IMG/VR virus record: IMGVR_UViG_3300031576_000006
Span: 52,232-116,231 of that record
Source: a virus
Length of the DNA stretch: 64,000 bases
Direction: 5' to 3' (one strand)
How positions within the stretch are numbered: position 1 is the stretch's first letter; each line of letters opens with the position of its first letter. Made by a program: the position numbers and the translations under genes. A model generated the notes under the pieces. That model was given only the letters and a program-made list of their open reading frames with translations, was not told where the DNA came from and made no database searches. Positions 28,079 through 36,400 of the stretch are shown one piece after another.

Positions 28079-29669
28079 TAATCCCACAATTTCACAACGA
28101 ATTAGAGCCTTACTAAATAAGGTTATCAAGGGCAAATTTACAAATGCTATGATAGAGGCGCTTGCCGTTGGTGATGGATATAATGACCAAAATATTATCG
28201 CCCTCAAAGATAATTTATTCATTGCTACAGCCGAGAAACGCTTTCTCGATAAACTCCTAGCTGCTAAGGGCATCATCCGTCCGCCTGGCGTTGGTATCGA
28301 TGACGATAGTTTTCGCGACCTGGCTGTCTCTATTACGACAAATCAATTAGTAGCAAATATTTTCTTCGAAGTCCTTGAATTGTTTTATGGTGAAGATGCC
28401 GTTAAGTCTAATGTGTTGGCCGTTATTGAAGAACCTTATCCCCTCGAAGACGGTATGGATATTTTCATTAAGCAGGACGGTAATGATACGCCTCTCAGAG
28501 TTGAGTTTAAGGCTGCAGATTTCCAAAACATCGCTACGGCTACTTCGATCGAAATTGGTTCAATAATTTCTCGTGAAGCTATCAAGGCTAACTACACACT
28601 TTACGCCACTGATTTCTTAGATGCTGCTGCTGGTAAAACTTACGTACAACTATTCTCAGGTACACGCGGACCAAAGTCTGCAATCACGGTTACTGGTGGA
28701 TCTGCACAGAATATTTTCCGTTTTCCAACATTGAAGCCGACTACACAGATGGCTACCACTCAGTTTACGGTCACTGTAGAGGGTGGATCTTTAAGATATA
28801 CGTGGACTGCAGGTAGTGATCCGGGATTACAAAACGTTGAGGTGGGTGATTATGTAAATATTAAATCCCCTCCGTTCCCCGTGAACCAAGAAGGTAGTTT
28901 TACGATTACCGCTATTGTTCCAGATACTGTTGGTCTTGGATATTTTGAAGTAAGGAATCCAATAGTTCAAACCGGAGGCGTCGTAAATCTTGCAGACCCG
29001 GATGACTTAAGATTTTTCGCACCTAAACGAAATACACTCAATGATCTCACTCGCTTTGCTACTATGTATGAAGTTAATCCATATGAAACGGTTGTATTTT
29101 TGCCAGCCACAACTAAAATTGTAAAACGTATCTTGAAGGGCGGGTGGCACATTCACGAGGATGCTACTGATCAGGGTTATTTAGGTGCTTATTTATTTAA
29201 CCCCAAGTCTGGATTCCCAATCAGCAAAACATCTGTACCGCTCAATCAAGTAATTAATGCTGGTCAAGTATATAGCGTAATTTCTACAAACGGTTCGTCA
29301 ACTGAATTTCCAGATCAAATTGGATTTTTGGTATTCGACTTTGGAACTTCCAATCAAGAAGGTCCGATCAGATACCTTGGACGGCCATCGAACAACACTT
29401 TGCTGCTTGACGCATCATACACTTTTAAGAAGACACATGCAGTAAATGCTGATATAACATTGGTGACGAGCACAAAACCATTTCAACCGAGGGTTGATGG
29501 CAGAGACTATGCCACTTACTTAACCGGTACGACTAAAGGCCGCATTGAAGCTGAAAATCTTTCGAATAGGCTGGTCGCAGCTGGTATTTTTCTCAATATT
29601 TTGATAGTATATCCAGGGGGACCTGGACTAAATGACATTACTCAGGTGTATGCAGGAGATCAGACATAA
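28071..29669 (+). CDS. Baseplate wedge protein (gp7/P2 gpI-like)
   Basis: FIATA...FLD.L....GI.RP..VG.DDD.FR; C-term L.AAGI...I; follows the baseplate J-like gene. Confidence 0.65.
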   Translation: MSDNPTISQRIRALLNKVIKGKFTNAMIEALAVGDGYNDQNIIALKDNLFIATAEKRFLDKLLAAKGIIRPPGVGIDDDSFRDLAVSITTNQLVANIFFEVLELFYGEDAVKSNVLAVIEEPYPLEDGMDIFIKQDGNDTPLRVEFKAADFQNIATATSIEIGSIISREAIKANYTLYATDFLDAAAGKTYVQLFSGTRGPKSAITVTGGSAQNIFRFPTLKPTTQMATTQFTVTVEGGSLRYTWTAGSDPGLQNVEVGDYVNIKSPPFPVNQEGSFTITAIVPDTVGLGYFEVRNPIVQTGGVVNLADPDDLRFFAPKRNTLNDLTRFATMYEVNPYETVVFLPATTKIVKRILKGGWHIHEDATDQGYLGAYLFNPKSGFPISKTSVPLNQVINAGQVYSVISTNGSSTEFPDQIGFLVFDFGTSNQEGPIRYLGRPSNNTLLLDASYTFKKTHAVNADITLVTSTKPFQPRVDGRDYATYLTGTTKGRIEAENLSNRLVAAGIFLNILIVYPGGPGLNDITQVYAGDQT

Positions 29670-29672
29670 CCC

Positions 29673-29701
29673 TTGACATAAATGAAAGGATAATGGATAC
29701 T
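29673..29701 (+). promoter_or_regulatory. Sigma70 promoter
   Basis: TTGACA-17 nt-GATACT upstream of ORF 29725. Confidence 0.7.
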
Positions 29702-29724
29702 GCAGCACTCAATTAACCATATAT

Positions 29725-30297
29725 TTGGAGACTACAGTGATCTATTTTATACAAACTGAAGATGGTCCGATAAAAATCGGATACACTACTTCTGTAAAAA
29801 AACGAATGAATACTTTACAAACATCATCACCTAAAAAACTTACATTGCTTGCGGAAATGCAAGGCAGTAGAACCTTTGAACGAGAAATTCACAATAAATT
29901 CCATCATATCAAAATGACCGGAGAATGGTTTCGACCAGAGCAAGAATTAATGAATTTTATTCAAGACCTTAAGGGGACCGCAACCGCTACTGGCGAACGC
30001 AAAATAGTGCTACTTCCTAATTTAGCCCGACAAATGGTGAACATGGGAGAAAACATTAAACTTGCAAGACTTAGACGAAATCTTTCCGCTGCAATGATTG
30101 CCGAACGCGCCGATATAACTCGAACAACCCTGAGATCTATAGAGCGAGGTGATGCCAGTGTTTCTATTGGTAACATTGCCAAAGTATTATTCACCCTTGG
30201 ACTTTCAGAAGATTTGGAAAAATTAGGGTCTGACGATATACTTGGTAGAAAACTTCAAGATATCGGATTAAGTAGAAAAAGAATCTCTAGTAAGTAA
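29725..30297 (+). CDS. T5orf172/GIY-YIG-like domain fused to XRE (HipB-like) HTH
   Basis: IYFIQ...IKIGYT...R...LQT.SP..L...E..IH..F.....GEWF; then MGENIKLARLRR.LSA..IAERA.I.R.TL..IE.G...DD.LGRKLQD. Confidence 0.8.
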   Translation: METTVIYFIQTEDGPIKIGYTTSVKKRMNTLQTSSPKKLTLLAEMQGSRTFEREIHNKFHHIKMTGEWFRPEQELMNFIQDLKGTATATGERKIVLLPNLARQMVNMGENIKLARLRRNLSAAMIAERADITRTTLRSIERGDASVSIGNIAKVLFTLGLSEDLEKLGSDDILGRKLQDIGLSRKRISSK

Positions 30298-30306
30298 GGG
30301 GATTTT

Positions 30307-30377
30307 TGGTAAAAAGAGTGACTGAATGGGTAGTTTGTGGTAAAAAGAGTGACTGAATGGGTAGTTTGTGGTAAAAA
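30307..30377 (+). repeat. Perfect 31-bp tandem repeat (2.3 copies)
   Basis: TGGTAAAAAGAGTGACTGAATGGGTAGTTTG x2 plus TGGTAAAAA, directly before the tRNA. Confidence 0.95.
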
Positions 30378-30382
30378 ATCAA

Positions 30383-30459
30383 TGCGGGGAAGAGCACCGG
30401 GCGCTCGTTGGCCTCATAAGCCAAAGAGAAGGTTGGTTCGATTCCACCCTCCACAACCA
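30383..30459 (+). tRNA. tRNA with CAT anticodon (fMet-like, atypical)
   Basis: TGCGGGG/CTCCACA acceptor stem, GAGC/GCTC D stem, TTGGC-CTCATAA-GCCAA, GTTGG-TTCGATT-CCACC, encoded CCA; mismatches in acceptor and T stems. Confidence 0.8.
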
Positions 30460-30507
30460 ATTTTACACAAAATCCCAACATCTAACATAAAAGGTGACAC
30501 AAGGTTT

Positions 30508-30678
30508 ATGAAACCATATGGATACAAAAAACTCAAAAATCCTCCAGGTGATGGATGCTTCCTCTGCACACGGGCACGTAAGACTACCAAAACTGCTGCT
30601 CGACAAAAAGCTCGAACAGAGGCTCGTCGTCACATGGCTCTTTCAAAGGTCTTGGACGATGATGAGGACCGGAATTAA
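30508..30678 (+). CDS. Small basic protein with CxxC
   Basis: MKPYGYKK...CFLC...ARQKARTEARR; ATG 30508 after AAGG; the longer track ORF overlaps the tRNA. Confidence 0.6.
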   Translation: MKPYGYKKLKNPPGDGCFLCTRARKTTKTAARQKARTEARRHMALSKVLDDDEDRN

Positions 30679-30688
30679 GATCGGCAAA

Positions 30689-30835
30689 ATGAAAGATTAC
30701 AGAGTTAAATTCCAAGCTGAATACAGGAGTTTGGATGTCAAACCAAAGAAGCGAAATCGCAAGTATATTGAAGGCTCAAATCGCGTAAAAGCCAAGAAAC
30801 AAATTAAGAAAGAGTTAGACAGGGAAGATAAATGA
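30689..30835 (+). CDS. Small basic protein
   Basis: MKDYRVK...NRVKAKKQIKKEL; start may instead be 30659. Confidence 0.55.
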   Translation: MKDYRVKFQAEYRSLDVKPKKRNRKYIEGSNRVKAKKQIKKELDREDK

Positions 30836-31275
30836 GTCAAGTAGACATAATTGTAGGTGCAGCGGTAAGGTTGCTCGTCAACGGCAAGGTCATTGGCGTA
30901 GGTACCTCTGTATCTATTCAACGAGATCAGGGCGTTAAGCCGATCTTTGGTATTGATACCCCTGTCGCACAAGAAATTGCAATTACTGGCCCCTACACAG
31001 TTCGCGGTCAGATAACCGGGCTTCGCACGAGAACTACAGCTGGTTTTGATGGCTTGCAGGTTATAAACGCATCAACCTTATCAGATTACTTTAATCAAAA
31101 ATATTGCACACTTGAGCTTGTAGACCGTAAGACTAATATAGTGTTTGCCAAGGTAAGTAAGGTCATATTCAATTCAGATACTATGCAGGTGAATGCCCGT
31201 ACTGTTGTAACAATTACGGCCAGCTTTATAGGCACCTATCTAACAAACGAACTAAGTCAAAAGAGTGGTAAGTAA
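30832..31275 (+). CDS. Tail tube-like protein (tube or tube initiator)
   Basis: GA.V.L.VNGKVIG..TSVS.......PI.GID.....EI...Y.V.G, 147 aa. Confidence 0.65.
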   Translation: MSQVDIIVGAAVRLLVNGKVIGVGTSVSIQRDQGVKPIFGIDTPVAQEIAITGPYTVRGQITGLRTRTTAGFDGLQVINASTLSDYFNQKYCTLELVDRKTNIVFAKVSKVIFNSDTMQVNARTVVTITASFIGTYLTNELSQKSGK

Positions 31276-31309
31276 GGTTCAGACGGTGATCAGAGGATTC
31301 TTTAATCAA

Positions 31310-31339
31310 ATCGCTAGCTTAGGTCAAAAACTTAATAAT
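31310..31339 (+). promoter_or_regulatory. Putative late promoter motif, copy 5
   Basis: ATCGCTAGCTTAGGTCAAAAACTTAATAAT, identical to copy 4. Confidence 0.8.
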
Positions 31340-31393
31340 CTACTATCCCCTCCTTTCAAATCACTCTTTGAATCCCAATAATTAAAGGTACCC

Positions 31394-33496
31394 ATGTCCG
31401 TCAAGCAAAGATTTAACTGGCTCGATAATATGCGCGTAGACAAGCCGCATTTAAAATCGGTAGACGACTCCGTTCTATTTGATTTTAAGTCCTTGTTACA
31501 GGGCTTTATCTCCGATACTCCATATATTCTTAGAGGCTTTGATATCAACAATCCAGGTGCTGCCATTAACGGCAATGCCTCGAATCTTCAGGTTATTGTC
31601 GATACCGCAAATATTTGGATGCCATCCGAAGCTGATGGGGCATTTCTCAGGGTTGTAACTGGTCAAGCTAATGAGACCTTAAGTTCTGCAAATGTTAACG
31701 TAAGCGGATCTTTCACGGCCTCCGCAATCAATTATGTTTCTGTAAAGTTTACCAGGGCTACCGATCCAACCACTAATGATCTCGTTGCCTTCTGGGATGT
31801 GGATGCAGAAGTAGAATTTACAAAAACAGTTCCGCTCGGTCTTGTACTTAATTATCAATTTGTAATTAATACGGCTGGATTCAGCACAAATTCTCCGATC
31901 GCTATTATAAGCACTGATGCCTCAAATAATGTCACTTCGATATCCAATGCAAAAAATTCAATGTTCCGTTTGGGCAAAGGCGGATCTTCTCCAAGTTCTT
32001 CATATAACTGGGCTTACCCGGTAGCTACTGAGAACCCTCTCACTTTAACTGCCTCTGGCGGCCCTAATCCATATTCTGGCGGCGACTGGGAAATCAAAGA
32101 CTTCAAGTCCTGGATGGACGCAGTAATGACCGAAATTAAAGCCATGAAAGGTTCTGCCTTTTGGTACTCGGCTGGATCATCTGCCCTACCAGGAGTTAAT
32201 CTCCCCGACTCATGGTTTGATGCGAACGGCTCAAATCTTACTGGTGTTGGTGAATATCAACATGACGATGCAATTGCCGGTAAGCTTACCTGGACATCAA
32301 ACGTATACCTTAGATCAGTTATCGGACCTTTAACTTACACAATTCCCGCAAATAACGTCACGCTTAGTGATACTCAGGTTGCATATATCCAACTTATTCG
32401 TAATCAAGATTTCCAACCGGCCAATACATTCACATTCACCAACGGATCTGCAATTGTTTCAGCTACTGCAAATGTTACTGGTATCGTTGCTGGCGATTGG
32501 ATTAAATTCGACGCACACGACCTTGGTAAGTGGGCAAAAGTTTTAACTGTTGTAACAAATACAGTTACACTCACCGCAGTTTATACTGGAGCTAATGCTA
32601 TTGGCAAAGCCCTGAGAGCACAAGGTTCTTATACGATGTCCTTTGCAAGTCCGACCTCTGTCCCTGCAGACGCAAACGTTTATTGGATTGCAAGGCGAGA
32701 CGATAACGCAGTTACCTCCTCTACTATTGAAACAATTGCAAACTCAGGTGCTACTCGCACGAGCAATATTGCCACTATTAAGACTACCGCTGCACATAAC
32801 TTAGTTGAAGGACAAACGGTCAGTGTTTCTGGAGTTTCAGACACCTCATTCAATGGAATATTTGATATATTATCAACCCCAACCGCAACTACATTCACAT
32901 ATACCAATCCAGGTTCAGATGTAGGATTAACTACAGCTGGCGGTGGATCTGTTAGTGTTCGAGCAAAAATTTATCTACGCGCACTTGGAGAGTTGATCCA
33001 AGGCGAACAGCGTCAAATCGATGATAGTATTAGTGAAGATCTTTTAGAGGCAATAGGTCTATCTAGCGAAACATCAATGCCAAACTATGCTTCATTTTCT
33101 TCTGGATCACTTAATCTTCCAAACTATAATACTGTAGCGAACGAATCAATTGTAGTTAGGGTTGCAAAACTTACAGCGATGCTTGCGGATATTCAACAAA
33201 ACTACAATGTCTCTATTGATCCAGGATTATTTACTTGGAGTGGAACGGATATCACCATCACATCAGCAAAACTTAGTATCCCAGGTACAACTATTGGCGC
33301 GGCTGCAGTTACAATTAACAATCTTGCCTCTACGGCTCTGGCCGATGGCGAATGTCTATATGTTGACATCAGCCGAACGGTTGGTGCGGCTTTGACACTT
33401 TCATCTCCAACCGCATTAACCCTATTAACTCCATGGCAACAAAGACTTGTTGTTGCACGCAGAATTGGTTCTGACATCTTAGCGAGGGCTTCGTAA
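31394..33496 (+). CDS. Baseplate/fibre attachment protein
   Basis: 700 aa, beta-rich, contains a TTAAH module. Confidence 0.6.
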   Translation: MSVKQRFNWLDNMRVDKPHLKSVDDSVLFDFKSLLQGFISDTPYILRGFDINNPGAAINGNASNLQVIVDTANIWMPSEADGAFLRVVTGQANETLSSANVNVSGSFTASAINYVSVKFTRATDPTTNDLVAFWDVDAEVEFTKTVPLGLVLNYQFVINTAGFSTNSPIAIISTDASNNVTSISNAKNSMFRLGKGGSSPSSSYNWAYPVATENPLTLTASGGPNPYSGGDWEIKDFKSWMDAVMTEIKAMKGSAFWYSAGSSALPGVNLPDSWFDANGSNLTGVGEYQHDDAIAGKLTWTSNVYLRSVIGPLTYTIPANNVTLSDTQVAYIQLIRNQDFQPANTFTFTNGSAIVSATANVTGIVAGDWIKFDAHDLGKWAKVLTVVTNTVTLTAVYTGANAIGKALRAQGSYTMSFASPTSVPADANVYWIARRDDNAVTSSTIETIANSGATRTSNIATIKTTAAHNLVEGQTVSVSGVSDTSFNGIFDILSTPTATTFTYTNPGSDVGLTTAGGGSVSVRAKIYLRALGELIQGEQRQIDDSISEDLLEAIGLSSETSMPNYASFSSGSLNLPNYNTVANESIVVRVAKLTAMLADIQQNYNVSIDPGLFTWSGTDITITSAKLSIPGTTIGAAAVTINNLASTALADGECLYVDISRTVGAALTLSSPTALTLLTPWQQRLVVARRIGSDILARAS

Positions 33497-36400
33497 TGAG
33501 TAAGATCTTATCGGGTTCTAAAGTACAGAATCCTACAGACCTTTTGCAGGGTTCCGCAGTTGATCAGTTAATTGATCGCGGCGCACAAATGTATTCAGAC
33601 CAGCAAGCTACCTTCACTGGTACTGGCATTCTGTTTACCCGTCCAATGTCTGTTAGATTCCAAGATGAAGCTGGTAAATACCACTCAAACACAATCAGAT
33701 TCGATGTTGTTGATCTATTCCAGGCAATACCGGGCACAATTCCATTAGCTGACAAACAGTCAATCGTTTGTAGACTAGACAGAACGACTACAAACACAAA
33801 ATCAATCCTCACTGCCGTCCGTGTATCGAACATCACAACCTTCACAACTACTGTTGTGCATGGATTACAGCTTGGTGACATACTTACGGTCAGTGGCATG
33901 ACCAGCTCGACCTTCAATGGTACGTTCAAAGTCCTGACCATGCCCACCACTTCTTCATTCACAGTTATAAATGTTGGTGCGAACGATACATCAACAATCA
34001 ATGGCTCTTTACTTTCACGTAACGTAATATTGACCGCTGCAGCATATTCACCTACCGAGCCAAACTTAGCCGCTGGTACATATTCAGTCGTCAACACCGA
34101 AGATCTCAAAGATATCTTCTTACAAGAAAAAGACATCGTAATTCTCTTCCGAAGAGAAGATACAACTGATCTATTGCCGGTTGTTATGTTGCCACTTCAC
34201 AAGCAATTATTGGAAGCTGGTCAAACAGTATTCCTTGGTGCTTCTGGATCAGGCGGTGGTGCAGGCGATAGCCTCCAAGCTGACATGAAACGTCGATTGG
34301 GTCTTAGCACCTACGAATCTCTTCACGTTAATGACATTGAAATCCGTAAAGACGTTCGAATTGATCTTCCAAATTCTACCGGCGCGTATTCTCCTGCAGA
34401 TAAAGCATTCAAATTCACATCTATTGGCCAAACAATGCGCTCGTATGAGATGCTTGATCCTGAATTTCTCTCAAAAGGTATCGATCTTCAAAAGGTTGAG
34501 TTCACTCATCGTTGGAAGCCAATATATCTTATAGTTGATTCAATTGCCAACTCTGGTGCTGTTCGTACTACAAATATTGCCACTATCAAAACTACCACTG
34601 CCCATGGATATATTCCCGGCCAATCAGTTGTCGTTGCCAATGTAAGCGATGCTTCATTCGATGGAACATGGGTAATTGCCACAACTCCGACAGGAACTTC
34701 ATTCACATACGCAAATACTGGTGTTGATGTCGCTGCAGCTACTGCTGGAAGCGGGACAGTCAATGCAGTACAAGCCGCAACGTATCAAGCAACTCGCGAT
34801 GGCGTTGAATTCCAAACAGTTTCTTTGACTCAGATCGGCAAAACCGATACTCACGTTGGAACACACACATTCACTGAAGAAGTTACACCTCAAACACTCC
34901 AAACATATGATGTAAGTAATGCAAATATCAACAATATACTCAATGATTCAGCCGCGATATCTCGTGCCCAAAAATTTGCCGTTACACACACAGAGACAGC
35001 ACGGTTTTTAACGCTTTATTTGAACAAATTGGAATCAGCCGGTAACTTAACCGGACATTTCTATGTTCGCGTCGTTCGAGATGATGCAGGACTCCCATCT
35101 ACAGATCCAAATGACATCGTAAAAGAATCAATCAGCTACGACATCGACACTCTCGCTACCGGCAACATCTCAGTTGTTGTAGACGTAAGTCTCTGCACAT
35201 TGGTTGCTGGCACTTACTGGTGGGAAATCATACCAGACGCTGAATATCAATCATCCTACCTTGGTGGAACTCGCGAACTTCGCGTTCGTGGCGATACCAC
35301 TCCTAGTACGTATGATGGTGCTCAACAAAACCTTGCTGGAGTCTGGTCTTTAACTGCCAGTAATGCAAATACATATCTATTGACTGGCCGTTTATTGACC
35401 ATGAAATTCCAAGTTACGGCTTCGGCTGCGAACTTGTTGTCAATTGGATACGGAGCTTTGTTCGAACCGCTTGTCGGAACTACACAGACTCTCTATCCAA
35501 AAGAAGTTCAACGCTTCACATTTAGTGGAGATGAGAATCGAGTATTGTTTACGCTTGGATTCTTACCTGACCCTGATCTTTTAGTGGTTTATGACCCCAA
35601 GAGAGGTCAATCTTACGTTGTCGATGATGATGTATTTAGAATCGTAGGCTTTAACGTAACATTTGAGCCTAATACTTTTGATTTCCCAGGTGAAGAAATC
35701 AAGCTGGTCTTTAGTCAGATTGTTGGACAAGGTTTCGATAACTCAGATCAAAATGCAAACGCAATCGCAGAGATCAACAGTAATTTGATTGATCTTGGCG
35801 AAGAGTTAGCGGCGTTGTCTAATTCAATGATTTTGCCGAAGATCCCAGCTCCGTTCACATCTATCCAGAATCGTGTTTTGATGGTGGATCTTACACAGGA
35901 TCTTAAATCGAAACTTGCACCTCAGAGATTCCACGCTCAGCAACTGGTACTTATGCCTAACGAGCTTGGTCCTAACGGTGAAGCCGTATGGGGATTAGCT
36001 AACGATAAATTTGGTCAAGTTCGATTCGTCGGTACTTGGACTATGATTGCGAGCACAGAAGGATGCCATCCTCTCGGTGCTACGGCTGGTGATTACGTAG
36101 AAATTTCATTTGCTGGAACTGGAATGAACTGTTTGGCGATTGGACAATCTCCTCGTGACGTTCGAGCATCCGTTGATGGAGGAGCGCCTGGCGTAAATAT
36201 ATTCAGCTTATCAAGCTCTGTTCTCCTTAGTCGAAACTATTCATCAAACGAAGTAAATCCAGTCACAACAGGCCTCACATATGGAATGCACACAGTAAAA
36301 TTGACAGTCACAACAGCAAACTTCCACTTCATGGGATTTGAATCGTTCACATCAGAATCAACAGGCCTTATCCGAATCAATCCAGGATCTCAATATAATA

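Noticed and set aside
30307-30377. CRISPR mini-array
   Set aside because: The repeats are directly adjacent with no spacers and there are no cas genes
30337-30507. N-terminal part of track ORF 30337-30678
   Set aside because: It runs through the tandem repeat and the tRNA; the real start is probably 30508
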